Part shown: in pieces, positions 10,684 through 20,461 of the stretch | Layout of the letters: every line of letters starts with the position of its first letter | How positions within the stretch are numbered: position 1 is the first letter of the stretch | From: a bacterium | GTDB lineage: Bacteria; Bdellovibrionota_C; UBA2361; RFPC01 | Assembly: GCA_022763385.1 (NCBI GenBank) | Contig: JALEGQ010000033.1 | Coordinates: 1-49,489, forward strand | Direction: 5' to 3' | DNA length: 49,489 nucleotides | Position numbers and translations under genes: made by a program | Notes under the pieces: model-generated | Databases searched by the model: none | What the model saw: the letters and a program-made list of their open reading frames with translations, nothing else | What the model was told of the DNA's origin: nothing

Positions 10684-10968
10684 ATGCGTTCTGCACTTTT
10701 GACAAACAGTGGAACCGCAGCAGCCAAGGTTGTTCCGAATCCAAATACCGTTGCCACCACCGCCGGACAGGCGGCGTCTTCTCAGCAGGGGGAGACCTCA
10801 AAGGTACAAGATGGAGCCGTGCTCTCGAAAAATCGTGGTCCAAGTAACCCGAAGAAAACCGACGGGATCTTTGAAGGAGAGGAAAGTGATCGTGATGGCC
10901 AGGGTGCTGCCCGTGAAGCGCTTCGTGATCGAGCCGACACCTCGAGAAGTCTTCTCACGGTGGTCTAA
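10684..10968 (+). CDS. Small low-complexity hypothetical protein (94 aa)
   Basis: AAGGAG RBS just upstream of ATG 10684; fills the gap between two minus-strand genes. Confidence 0.6.
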   Translation: MRSALLTNSGTAAAKVVPNPNTVATTAGQAASSQQGETSKVQDGAVLSKNRGPSNPKKTDGIFEGEESDRDGQGAAREALRDRADTSRSLLTVV

Positions 10969-12935
10969 TACGAGAGTAGCTCTTCAATAGTCTGCTCCAG
11001 GCGAGCGCTGGCCAAGTACGCTTGCTCAAGCTCTCGCTGAAAGGGCACCGGTGTTGTGAGACTTCCACACCGCCGAACCGGCGCATCGAGATCTGAGAAG
11101 CAGTGCTCACCGATCAAGGCGGAAAGCTCCCCTCCAAATCCGCCAAACGTACTCGCCTCGTGACACACCAACACCCGACCGGTCGACGCCACGGCGTTCT
11201 GTATCGCGGGCAGATCTAGTGGAGCAAGCCATCTCAGGTCGAGGATGGTGATCGAGAGCTCCGGGTGCCTCTCGGCAAATTCCTGCATCCAGTGGACCCC
11301 GAGACCGTAGGTAATACAGGTAAGGTCCTCCCCTTCCGAGAGGAGCTTTGCGGTTGGAGGAGTCTCATAAATTTCGGAGGGAACCGCCGCGCGCGCTCTC
11401 CGATAGAGCAGCTTATGTTCGAAGAACATGACGGGATTCGGATCTCGAATCGATGTCACCAGCATGCCCTTCGCATCAGCGGCGGAGGATGGATAGGCCA
11501 CCTTCAATCCAGGAGCATGAAGAAACCACGACTCATTCGTCTGCGAGTGAAAGGGACCAGCTCCAACTCCAGCCCCACACGGCATCCGAAGGACCACCGG
11601 CATCGGTTCACCGGTTCGGTAGTGCATTTTTGCGAGGTTGTTCACAATTTGTGTAAACCCAGTCGAAGCGAAGTCCGCAAACTGAAGTTCAACGACAGAA
11701 GGGACCTTCTCGAGGGCGAGTCCGACGGTTGAACCGATAATTGCAGACTCACACAACGGCGTATTGCGAATTCGTTCGCGACCGAATCGCTCCACAAAGT
11801 TCTCAGACGTTTTAAACACTCCACCATACTCGGCGACATCCTGGCCCATCAGGAGGAGTTCCGGATCCTCCTCCATGCACTGAAAGAGCCCCTCTCGGAT
11901 CGCATCAACATAGCGTAACTCCTTCTCCTCGTTCTTTGGCGATGGGGGTTTCACCGCAGGGTGGCGTCGAGCAGCAAATACCCCTTGTTCTTCTCGATGC
12001 TGAGAGACCTGCGGAGGAGAATCAGAGAGGGCTCGCTCGAGTGCCCGCTCGACTTCCCCTGCGATCTCTTGTCTTATCTCTCGAAGATCTTCATCGCGAA
12101 CTGACGGGAACTGGCGAAGTCTCTCCTCAAAACGGAGCAGAGGATCTCGCTCCTGCCACTCTTCGATAAGAGCTGGCGGGACATACTTTACCCCGGACGC
12201 TTCTTCGTGTCCTCGGACGCGAAACGTCTGACACTCGAGAAGCACTGGGTGAGGGTCGCGGAGCATCTCCTTCTTGAGTCGAGAGACCACCTCAAAAACG
12301 GCAAAAAAGTCATTCCCATCGATCCGCTCTCCAGGCATTCCATATGCGGCACTCCGTTCCGAGAGATGGGTGCAGGCATACTGCTCGGAGGTTGGAGTTG
12401 AAAGGGCATACCCGTTGTTCTCAATGAGAAACAGGACCGGGAGTTTCCAAACGGAAGCAACATTCAGCGCCTCATGAAAGTCCCCTTGGCTGGTCATACC
12501 ATCTCCGCCAATAGCGAGTACTACCTTTTTTTGTCCTCTCTGCTTCGCCGCAAGGGCGAGTCCAAGGGCCGTACAAAAGTGCGGGCCAAGATGAGAGATC
12601 ATCCCGACAATGTGGTCCTCAAGGGAGGTGAAGTGAAACGAGCGGTCTCTGCCCGAAGTGTATCCCCGTTCCTTTCCCATAAACTGAGAAAAAAGACGAT
12701 CAAGTGGAAGTCCACGGGTCGTAAAAACACCCAAATTTCGGTGGAGGGGTAAAATATACTCGTCCTCAGCCAGAGCGGAGGTGGCTCCCACCGCGATCGC
12801 TTCCTGCCCGATCCCAGAGAACCACTTTGAGATTCCCCCCTGCTTCAGGAGGAGCAACATTCGCTCCTCGATGACCCTTGGAGTCAGAAGCGCCCGGTAC
12901 CAGGAGAGCAGTTGATGGAGAAGATATTTCTTCAA
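10965..12935 (-). CDS. Fused 2-oxoacid dehydrogenase E1 alpha/beta (branched-chain type)
   Basis: SGIGQEA, TPP motif GDG...ENN, RVRGHEE (alpha); GQDVAEYGGVFK, NTPLCESAI, QFADF, GPFHSQ (beta). Confidence 0.93.
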   Translation of the reverse strand: MKKYLLHQLLSWYRALLTPRVIEERMLLLLKQGGISKWFSGIGQEAIAVGATSALAEDEYILPLHRNLGVFTTRGLPLDRLFSQFMGKERGYTSGRDRSFHFTSLEDHIVGMISHLGPHFCTALGLALAAKQRGQKKVVLAIGGDGMTSQGDFHEALNVASVWKLPVLFLIENNGYALSTPTSEQYACTHLSERSAAYGMPGERIDGNDFFAVFEVVSRLKKEMLRDPHPVLLECQTFRVRGHEEASGVKYVPPALIEEWQERDPLLRFEERLRQFPSVRDEDLREIRQEIAGEVERALERALSDSPPQVSQHREEQGVFAARRHPAVKPPSPKNEEKELRYVDAIREGLFQCMEEDPELLLMGQDVAEYGGVFKTSENFVERFGRERIRNTPLCESAIIGSTVGLALEKVPSVVELQFADFASTGFTQIVNNLAKMHYRTGEPMPVVLRMPCGAGVGAGPFHSQTNESWFLHAPGLKVAYPSSAADAKGMLVTSIRDPNPVMFFEHKLLYRRARAAVPSEIYETPPTAKLLSEGEDLTCITYGLGVHWMQEFAERHPELSITILDLRWLAPLDLPAIQNAVASTGRVLVCHEASTFGGFGGELSALIGEHCFSDLDAPVRRCGSLTTPVPFQRELEQAYLASARLEQTIEELLSY

Positions 12936-13027
12936 GGCAACATTTTCCTCGGTTGAGACGATAAGAGAAGGAGAGTTCTCCCCCGGATTACTCGTTCAGA
13001 ATTCGGGCTGTACCACGGTGCTGATGT

Positions 13028-13498
13028 ATGCAAAGTAAACGGTATTCCTCCCTCTTCCAAGTCCTTATCGGCGCCTTTGGGGTCGTGGGCCTCACCGTGC
13101 TCTCTCATCACCTGGGAGAACGGAGGTCGGGCCTCACAGCGCCTCAGATGCCCCCTCTGCTCCTGAAGGAGGAGAGCGCCCTCGCTCTCGGCATCTCGCT
13201 TCCGGTCGATCTCGTTCCTGACGACCTCCTGGAGGAGTTTCCCGGCATCTCAGGGAAAACCGTTCAAAAGATTCGAACGACTACCGAGCACTTCTGCACG
13301 GAACCTACATCAGCCACCGAGCACATAGCAGCGCCCTTTCAGTGGGAATCAGTTCCAGGAATAGGCGAGAAGAAGGGAGCTCTCCTCTCTCGATTTCTCG
13401 CTCCACCAGCGTGTGCAGAGCCCCAGCTGCTTCCACCGACACCGTTGTGGAGCACTCCCGGAGCAGAAGAAGCCATTATTGGTGTCGTAGATCCGTAA
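13028..13498 (+). CDS. Membrane-anchored helix-hairpin-helix (ComEA-like) protein
   Basis: N-terminal hydrophobic segment and two HhH-like motifs, LEEFPGISGKT and ESVPGIGEKK. Confidence 0.55.
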   Translation: MQSKRYSSLFQVLIGAFGVVGLTVLSHHLGERRSGLTAPQMPPLLLKEESALALGISLPVDLVPDDLLEEFPGISGKTVQKIRTTTEHFCTEPTSATEHIAAPFQWESVPGIGEKKGALLSRFLAPPACAEPQLLPPTPLWSTPGAEEAIIGVVDP

Positions 13499-14015
13499 TC
13501 GAGAGCGTTCGCGGCGAATCGCCAGCCCCCGTCAGGTGAACGGTGATATCAAGATACCCCTTCAGCACGGGGTCCCTCTCAGGCCACTCAATAAGGATGA
13601 AGGCTACCTCCGGTTCCTCCCGTGCCTCAAAGAGCTCTGGAGGAGCAGCACCTAGCCGATAGAGGTCCCAGTGGTGGATCTCCCCTCTGGTGAGATCGGT
13701 GGAGTAGATGTGTTGCAAGGTATAGGTCGGTGAGCTTACGGGGTCTCGGCTTCCGAGCTGATGCACCAACTCTCGGATAAAGGTGGTTTTTCCGCTTCCA
13801 AGTTCCCCGGAGAGTCCCACCAGAACCGGCCCCGGCGATACGCTCTCACGGGGCGCGAGCGGCCGGGTCTGGAGAAAAACCGGAAGTACTCTCTTTACCA
13901 CCGCAGGAAGCTCGGATTGCACGAAAGAATCGCACACCTTCCCCTGCTCCTCCGTGCAGTCCACCCGAAAATCTCTCCTATACGGTTCCGATCTCTCGCT
14001 CGATCGCCGAAGCAA
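13476..14015 (-). CDS. tsaE: tRNA t6A biosynthesis ATPase TsaE
   Basis: LSGELGSGKTT, VSSPTYTL, HWDLYRL, LIEWPE. Confidence 0.92.
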   Translation of the reverse strand: MLRRSSERSEPYRRDFRVDCTEEQGKVCDSFVQSELPAVVKRVLPVFLQTRPLAPRESVSPGPVLVGLSGELGSGKTTFIRELVHQLGSRDPVSSPTYTLQHIYSTDLTRGEIHHWDLYRLGAAPPELFEAREEPEVAFILIEWPERDPVLKGYLDITVHLTGAGDSPRTLSITDLRHQ

Positions 14016-15345
14016 TGGTCGTCGCTAACTCGTTGCACTTCTCAGACTCTTCACACTCGACCATCACTCGAGCTTTATTCTCCGTTCCAGAGTATCGCAC
14101 GAGCACACGCCCCTGATCGCCCAACTCTCCCTCGACCTTACTCACGGCCTCCGTCACCGATGGAAGGCTCTCAAGGTCGGGCTTTTTGCGAACCGGAACG
14201 TTCAATAACTTCTGTGGGAATCGCTGAAAAGGAGCAGCCAGTTCCGATAGCGGCTTCCCCGTGCGCTGCATCACCTCAACGATCTTCAGCGCCGAGAGGG
14301 TTCCATCCCCTGTCGTAGAGACATCCGCAAAGATGGTGTGTCCTGACTGCTCTCCTCCGAGCACATAACCGTGCTTCGTCATCTCTTCCAGCACATAGCG
14401 ATCCCCTACGGGAGCCCGTACCAGAGCGATGTCATTCTCCTGAAGTGTTTTCTCGAGACCAAGGTTCGACATCACCGTGGCGACGACCGTATTTCCGGTA
14501 AGGAGACCTCGACGGGCGAGATCGCTCGCACAGATCGCCAGCACGACATCCCCATCAAGTACATTGCCCTTTTCATCGACAAAAACAGCCCTATCAGCAT
14601 CGCCATCCAGAGAGACACCGAGATCAAGGTTGTTTTCGAGCACGAGTTCTCGAACAATTTGAGGATAGAGACTTCCAAAACCAGCATTTATATTTCGTCC
14701 ATTTGGACTGATTCCCCTCGCCATGACCTCGGCGCCGAGCTCTCGAAAGGTTTGTGGCGCGAGCTGATAACCAGCTCCGTTGGCACAGTCAAAGCCGATA
14801 CGCATCCCTTCGACGGAGAGATCTCTCGGAAAGTTCTCCTTCAAAAACACCGTATAACGCCCAACAGCATCATCGATCCGTTGGGCCTTTCCGACCTTGC
14901 CAGGCTCTGCTCGAAACTCTGCCGAAACTCCCTTAACGAGCAGCTCCTCGATTTCGAGCTCCTTTTCATCAGCCAGCTTGAAGCCATCTGCCCCGAAAAT
15001 CTTTATCCCGTTATCCTCAAAGGGATTGTGAGACGCCGATATCACGATTCCGGCATCGGCTCGCATGCTCTTCGTCAGGTAAGCCACCCCCGGAGTCGGA
15101 ATGGGGCCGACGAGGAGAACATCAGCTCCCATCGACATAATTCCTGCGGAGAGCGCCGTCTCAATCATATATCCAGAGAGTCTTGTATCCTTTCCGATCA
15201 GGATCCGGTGACGTCCCTTCTTCGAGATAAAGATCTGTGCAATCGCCTGTCCGAGTCTCACGAGTGTCTCTGGATCAAGCGGTTTCTCGGTCGCTACCCC
15301 ACGGATGCCGTCGGTTCCGAAGAACTGTCTCTCTTCACCGGCCAT
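13978..15345 (-). CDS. glmM: Phosphoglucosamine mutase
   Basis: FGTDGIRG, ISASHNP, DGDADR, GGEQSGH, RYSGTE. Confidence 0.97.
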   Translation of the reverse strand: MAGEERQFFGTDGIRGVATEKPLDPETLVRLGQAIAQIFISKKGRHRILIGKDTRLSGYMIETALSAGIMSMGADVLLVGPIPTPGVAYLTKSMRADAGIVISASHNPFEDNGIKIFGADGFKLADEKELEIEELLVKGVSAEFRAEPGKVGKAQRIDDAVGRYTVFLKENFPRDLSVEGMRIGFDCANGAGYQLAPQTFRELGAEVMARGISPNGRNINAGFGSLYPQIVRELVLENNLDLGVSLDGDADRAVFVDEKGNVLDGDVVLAICASDLARRGLLTGNTVVATVMSNLGLEKTLQENDIALVRAPVGDRYVLEEMTKHGYVLGGEQSGHTIFADVSTTGDGTLSALKIVEVMQRTGKPLSELAAPFQRFPQKLLNVPVRKKPDLESLPSVTEAVSKVEGELGDQGRVLVRYSGTENKARVMVECEESEKCNELATTIASAIEREIGTV

Positions 15346-15391
15346 ATACTTCCCTTATTTATTCATAGTGAAAAACTTTTCTGACGAGGCA

Positions 15392-16351
15392 CTACTTTGG
15401 GGCTCCATTTCCGGACCCCCCGTTCTCTGAAGATCCCGTAACACGCACCTCACTCGGCTGTACCTGGACGAGCTCGATTCCTTCGGGAAGACGAACTCGA
15501 ACCGGTAACAGTATAGCCGGAGAAGTAGATTTTGTCTCGGGTGCACTCTCGACTTGAGCGGGAATCTCCACAGAAACGCGAATGGCGCTCTCCTCCAGTT
15601 TCTGAACATCAGGTCGAGGGCCAACGATCTTCAGCTCAACCGATGCGGGTTCGGGGGTCCACTGACGTTTGAGATTCTTTCCGAGCACCACAATCGGGAG
15701 ATCTTGAAACCGTCGCTCTCGTTGGATCGCCCGAACCTTTACCGAAACCTGAACCTCCTCCGGAGCAAAGCGAACAAATCTCCCCTGAACCCTCAGGGGA
15801 AGAGCAAAGGTCTCGGAGGTGGTCAGCGGACGGAGGTCAATCTGCTGAGTGTTAACGGTTTCGAGGAGAGAAACCTCGGTCCTCGGTCCCTTCGCGAGTA
15901 CCTTTGCAGGAGAGACTCGGATCTCTTCAAGACGGTAGTCTTTCTGGAGCGAACCAATTCGCGGAACCTCCACCTGTAGCTCTTTCTCCATGAGCGTGTC
16001 GAACACAAATTCGAGTTTTGCCGGCTCGACCCGCACAATCTCGATTGAGGGTGGAAGAGAGAGTGAGCCTGCTGAGAGCGAAGTTTCCCAACGATCCTCG
16101 GTGTCGCTCGGAATACGAACCCGAAAGACCAATGGGTTTCGGGTCACTTCAGAGAGCACATACGATGGACCTCGCAGCGTCACCTGCGCCTGAGGCGATT
16201 GTGGAAGGAGTACTACCCGTTCTGGCGGCAGGTTCTGAAGCTCGACGGGGACGATCAGCGACATCACTGAGCTATTTCCCTGACTATGCACGAAATAGGC
16301 GAGCGCGACCGCGATGAGGAGAGACCACAACTTGAGGCTAACGTTTCGCAC
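15392..16351 (-). CDS. cdaR: CdaR/YbbR-like protein
   Basis: N-terminal TM (LKLWSLLIAVAL), repeated beta-rich 'P..V.V.GP' YbbR-like units; located between cdaA and glmM. Confidence 0.85.
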   Translation of the reverse strand: MRNVSLKLWSLLIAVALAYFVHSQGNSSVMSLIVPVELQNLPPERVVLLPQSPQAQVTLRGPSYVLSEVTRNPLVFRVRIPSDTEDRWETSLSAGSLSLPPSIEIVRVEPAKLEFVFDTLMEKELQVEVPRIGSLQKDYRLEEIRVSPAKVLAKGPRTEVSLLETVNTQQIDLRPLTTSETFALPLRVQGRFVRFAPEEVQVSVKVRAIQRERRFQDLPIVVLGKNLKRQWTPEPASVELKIVGPRPDVQKLEESAIRVSVEIPAQVESAPETKSTSPAILLPVRVRLPEGIELVQVQPSEVRVTGSSENGGSGNGAPK

Positions 16352-17244
16352 TACTCCTCCTCTCCTTCGCTTTCATTTGTGGAAGGCGCCGTTGAAGCTT
16401 TCGAGCTCGAAGGTGAGGAACCTCCTTTTCCGGATGGTTTAGAGGTCTTCGGTTTCTTTCCTGGAGCCGAAAGCAGGCGGTGAAGCTCTTCTCGAAGCGA
16501 AGCCGCGTCAAGGTGGCGATGAAACTTCCCATCGTGAACGAGGGAAATCGCACCATTTTCTTCAGAGACCACTACGACCACCGCGTCACTTACTTCACTA
16601 ATCCCGAGGGCCGCACGGTGTCGGGTTCCAAGGGTCGGATCAAGGTCGGGGTTAAAGCTCAACGGCAGAACACACCCCGCAGCCCGAATCCGATTTCCTT
16701 CAATAAGTAGTGCGCCATCGTGCAGGGGCGAACCCTTTACGAATATTCCATAGAGCAGCTTCCGATTCAGGTGAGCGTCAAGCACGATGGCCTCTTCGAG
16801 AAAGTCATCGAGACCAACCTCTCGTTGAAAAACGAAGAGTCCACCGAGCTTCTCATCCGCCATACGAGCACACACAAGAGTAATATCCTCAATCGCACGG
16901 TCGTAGATCGTCTTCTTCCCCTTCCGAAAGATCGGTTGTAGTCCGAACTTCGTCAGTCCTTTTCGAATCTCATCTTGAAAAATGACGATTACGACGAGCA
17001 GGATAGAGCTCAGAAAGTTCCCGAGAATCCACCCGAGCGTTACGAGACCAAGGGGACGGGAAAGAAAGTAGAGCACCACGATAATGCTCAACCCGCCCAA
17101 CATCGGCGCGGCTCGGGTTCCTTTAATGATCAGCAAGCCACGGTATACGAGGTAGGCAACGATCAGAATATCGAGCAGGAAGCGGATGACTCCTCCCGAC
17201 ATCATCTGTTCACCCGCAAAGCGCATGCCGAGTATGGCGTCCAC
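16351..17244 (-). CDS. cdaA: Diadenylate cyclase CdaA (DacA)
   Basis: Three N-terminal TM segments, IFQDEIR, SPLHDGA, GTRHRAALG, VVSEE. Confidence 0.95.
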   Translation of the reverse strand: MDAILGMRFAGEQMMSGGVIRFLLDILIVAYLVYRGLLIIKGTRAAPMLGGLSIIVVLYFLSRPLGLVTLGWILGNFLSSILLVVIVIFQDEIRKGLTKFGLQPIFRKGKKTIYDRAIEDITLVCARMADEKLGGLFVFQREVGLDDFLEEAIVLDAHLNRKLLYGIFVKGSPLHDGALLIEGNRIRAAGCVLPLSFNPDLDPTLGTRHRAALGISEVSDAVVVVVSEENGAISLVHDGKFHRHLDAASLREELHRLLSAPGKKPKTSKPSGKGGSSPSSSKASTAPSTNESEGEEE

Positions 17245-17264
17245 TCCTCTATCCCCTTTCGGCG

Positions 17265-19190
17265 TTAGGCTTCGCTCGGTTCGGGAGTCTTTCCAGGCCC
17301 CCGCTCCTCTTCTTCGTCCTCATTGGGACGGTGAAGCGACTCTTCGTCTGAACCCGTGGAAGATTCCTCGTCCTCAGAGACCCGCTTCTCGAACGGAGGA
17401 AGCTCCTCTCCCCGGATAATCTTCTCGATATCATCAGCATTCAAGGTCTCTCGCTCGATAGCGGCCTGAGCGAGGGAATGAAGGGTATCGAGGTTCTCAT
17501 GGATCAGTTTTTCAGCGATCTTGTACTGCTCATCAAGAATACGTCGAATCTCTGCGTCCAAACTCTCCTGTATAGACTGCGAAAAGTCAGAAGATTTTCC
17601 GACCTCCTTGCCAAGAAAGACCTCCCCTTCGCTCGTCGCGTAGTGAACAGGCCCCATCTTCTCACTCATCCCCCATTCGCACACCATGCGGCGCGCAATA
17701 TCAGTGGCACGTTCGATATCAGAGGAAGCCCCAGTGTTCATCTCTCCAAAGATCGCCAGCTCTGCGACCCGTCCACCAAAAAAGACCGCCAATTGATCCA
17801 ACCAGTAGGATCGCGAATAGGTGTGCTTATCGTTCTCTGGAAGTTGTTGCATCAAGCCGAGCGCCATTCCCCGTGGGACGATGGTGAGCTTGTGAACGGG
17901 GTCCGCGTTCGGAAGGAGTTTTGCCACCAGAGCGTGGCCAGCCTCATGGTAGGCAGTCGTCTCCTTTTCTCGGTCGGTCAAGAGCAAGGAGCGCCGTTCT
18001 GCTCCCATCATCACCTTATCCTTGGCATACTCAAAATCTTCTCGATCGACCTCATCCTTGTTGTTTCTTGCTGCCCATAACGCTGCTTCATTGACGAGAA
18101 TCTCAAGCTCAGCCCCGGAAAAGCCTGGTGTTCCCCGAGCAACGATCTCGAGATCCACGTCATCAGCCACCGGGATCTTCTTCGTATGCACTTTGAGAAT
18201 GCCGTGACGGCCCTGGACATCGGGACGTTGTACGACCACACGTCGGTCAAACCGTCCAGGACGAAGAAGTGCCGGGTCGAGAACATCCGGACGGTTGGTG
18301 GCGGCGATGAGGATCACCCCCTCGTTACTCTCAAATCCGTCCATCTCGACGAGGAGTTGATTGAGGGTTTGCTCACGTTCATCGTGTCCCCCTCCGATTC
18401 CTGCCCCCCGGTGTCGACCTACCGCATCGATCTCATCGATAAAGATGATGCAAGGAGCGTTCTTTTTCCCCTGGATAAAGAGGTCCCGAACTCGAGAGGC
18501 ACCTACCCCCACAAACATCTCTACAAAATCTGAACCGGAAATACTGAAGAACGGAACCCCTGCCTCGCCAGCAATAGCACGAGCGATCAAGGTTTTTCCC
18601 GTTCCGGGAGGACCTACGAGGAGTACCCCCTTTGGAATCCTTCCTCCGAGCTTCGTGAACTTCTTTGTATCTTTGAGAAATTCGATAATCTCCTGAACTT
18701 CCTGTTCGGCTTCCTTCGCTCCGGCAACATCTGCGAAGGTTACCTTTCGCTGATCTTCTGTCAGCAACTTGGCCTTAGATTTTCCGAAACTCATCCCCTT
18801 GCCGGCACCGATCTGTACCTGTCGCATGAAAAAGATCCAAAGCCCCACAATCAGGAGCATCGGAAGGAGGTTGATGAAGACCACGAGGTACCACGGCTGC
18901 TCTGCGGGCCGCTTCACTTCGAAGGAAACCCCACGCTGGAGGAGATAATCGGTGATATCGTGATCGTCAGTCCGAACGGTTTGAAAGTGGTGATTGTCGG
19001 TGGTGACTCCCTTTACGATATCTTCGTCGATCGTGACACTCTCGATCAGCCCTTGGTCTACGACCTCGAGAAACTGGGAGTACGGATAGGTGTTCTTTTC
19101 TTCGTCTGACTGTTTTATGACTCCATAGAGCGTCATAAAAACGAAAAAAAGTACGAGCCAGAAAACGGCGTTCTTCGATATTTGATTCAA
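17265..19190 (-). CDS. ftsH: ATP-dependent zinc metalloprotease FtsH
   Basis: Two TM segments, [42 protein letters not shown]. Confidence 0.98.
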   Translation of the reverse strand: MNQISKNAVFWLVLFFVFMTLYGVIKQSDEEKNTYPYSQFLEVVDQGLIESVTIDEDIVKGVTTDNHHFQTVRTDDHDITDYLLQRGVSFEVKRPAEQPWYLVVFINLLPMLLIVGLWIFFMRQVQIGAGKGMSFGKSKAKLLTEDQRKVTFADVAGAKEAEQEVQEIIEFLKDTKKFTKLGGRIPKGVLLVGPPGTGKTLIARAIAGEAGVPFFSISGSDFVEMFVGVGASRVRDLFIQGKKNAPCIIFIDEIDAVGRHRGAGIGGGHDEREQTLNQLLVEMDGFESNEGVILIAATNRPDVLDPALLRPGRFDRRVVVQRPDVQGRHGILKVHTKKIPVADDVDLEIVARGTPGFSGAELEILVNEAALWAARNNKDEVDREDFEYAKDKVMMGAERRSLLLTDREKETTAYHEAGHALVAKLLPNADPVHKLTIVPRGMALGLMQQLPENDKHTYSRSYWLDQLAVFFGGRVAELAIFGEMNTGASSDIERATDIARRMVCEWGMSEKMGPVHYATSEGEVFLGKEVGKSSDFSQSIQESLDAEIRRILDEQYKIAEKLIHENLDTLHSLAQAAIERETLNADDIEKIIRGEELPPFEKRVSEDEESSTGSDEESLHRPNEDEEEERGPGKTPEPSEA

Positions 19191-19324
19191 CGGGTACCCC
19201 CACTAACATTACAGAGCTCTTCGAGCAGCTATCCTCTATAGTTACCTATGTTGAGTAAGCCCTCAAGGCCCTGCACCTCCTCTCTAAGATTCGATAACAG
19301 GCTCCTCTGTTGCGGCTTTTCTCG

Positions 19325-20362
19325 TCACTCTCGGTGAACAACGGCTCTTCCGGCGATAGAGACGGTAATTCCCCCTCCCCGACGTCGAATTTCCACCTTC
19401 TGAGGAAGCTGCACGGCGGTCTCTCCAGAGAGAAAAAATTCCCGAAGTTGTCCCGCAGATCTCCGCCCGAGGGGGGCTCCAAGGAGGGGGAGGAAGAGCT
19501 GCTGAAGCATTCGCTCCCCTACCGGCGCTGGGGCTGCTTGCAGCAGTTCTCGAAGTCGAGCACACCACGATCGCTCCCCAAACTGACATTCACTCAGGGA
19601 TTCAACTCGCTCTGCGGCGACCTCCTCAAGGGCAGCAAGCTCCTGATGAATCGCCTTCGCCTGGGAGGCGAGGGTCTCCTCTATCCCTCTTCCGAACGTC
19701 TGTCTGAGAAAGCCAAGGGCATATCGCACCGCATTGCGGAGATAAGAGAGGTCGTCATTACTCGGGTCCGAGAGAACAGAGAGCTGCTGTTCGGTGGCAT
19801 ACTCCACGATCTCTTCACGGGTGCAGGAGAGCAGCGGTCGAAGAGAACGAAGTTTTGGATTGTACACCGGCAAGCAGTGAGGAGTCTTATTCGAAAAGAG
19901 CCGCATGAGGAAGGTCTCAACGAGATCTCTCTGGTGGTGCGCCGTAAGCACCGTCTCAAGTTTACGCCCCTCGAGCAGGGAGCGAAAAAACGCGTACCGC
20001 TCCTCTCGTGCCCACTGCTCCTCGTTTGTTCCCGGAGGACGCTCGGGGAGCCGCTTCAGGTGAAATGGGATCTGATCTGCTTCACAACGCTCCTGGAGCA
20101 GCCCCGCCTCCCGTCCGCTCTCTCGCCGAAATCCGTGGTCGACATGTGCGACCTCTACCGTAAGCGAAAGCTCATTTCGCAGCGCGAGCAGTAGGTGAAG
20201 GAGAACAGAACTGTCGACACCACCCGAAAATGCCACAAGATACTTTCCCCCGACCGCAAGGTGTTCTCGAACGGCGCAAAGGAGTGAGCGCTCCGCACTC
20301 TGCTCGTTTTTCTTGCGAAGAGGAAAGAAATTTCCCGGTGGTAGCTGCTCAAAGAAGGACAT
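19325..20362 (-). CDS. tilS: tRNA(Ile)-lysidine synthetase
   Basis: AFSGGVDS, HVDHGFR, AREERY, TAHHQRDLVETFLMRL, RPLL, DPSN, RNAVR; upstream of ftsH. Start at ATG 20362 (uncertain). Confidence 0.9.
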   Translation of the reverse strand: MSFFEQLPPGNFFPLRKKNEQSAERSLLCAVREHLAVGGKYLVAFSGGVDSSVLLHLLLALRNELSLTVEVAHVDHGFRRESGREAGLLQERCEADQIPFHLKRLPERPPGTNEEQWAREERYAFFRSLLEGRKLETVLTAHHQRDLVETFLMRLFSNKTPHCLPVYNPKLRSLRPLLSCTREEIVEYATEQQLSVLSDPSNDDLSYLRNAVRYALGFLRQTFGRGIEETLASQAKAIHQELAALEEVAAERVESLSECQFGERSWCARLRELLQAAPAPVGERMLQQLFLPLLGAPLGRRSAGQLREFFLSGETAVQLPQKVEIRRRGGGITVSIAGRAVVHRE

Positions 20363-20461
20363 CTCTGCTACGCTATCGCGCATCAGATAAATTGACAAAG
20401 GACTGGAGGCTCTCTCAGGTGGAGGCCACGCCCCCATATGTCCTGAAACGTGCACGTAGTC

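Noticed and set aside
7306-10760. Long N-terminal extensions of rnc, mnmA and the desulfurase in the ORF track
   Set aside because: Extensions overlap neighbouring genes; better starts with RBS-like sequences lie at 8109, 9343 and 10616.
14371-15384. 337-aa plus-strand ORF
   Set aside because: Antisense shadow of glmM with no recognisable motifs.
19310-20194. 294-aa plus-strand ORF
   Set aside because: Antisense to tilS with no motifs.
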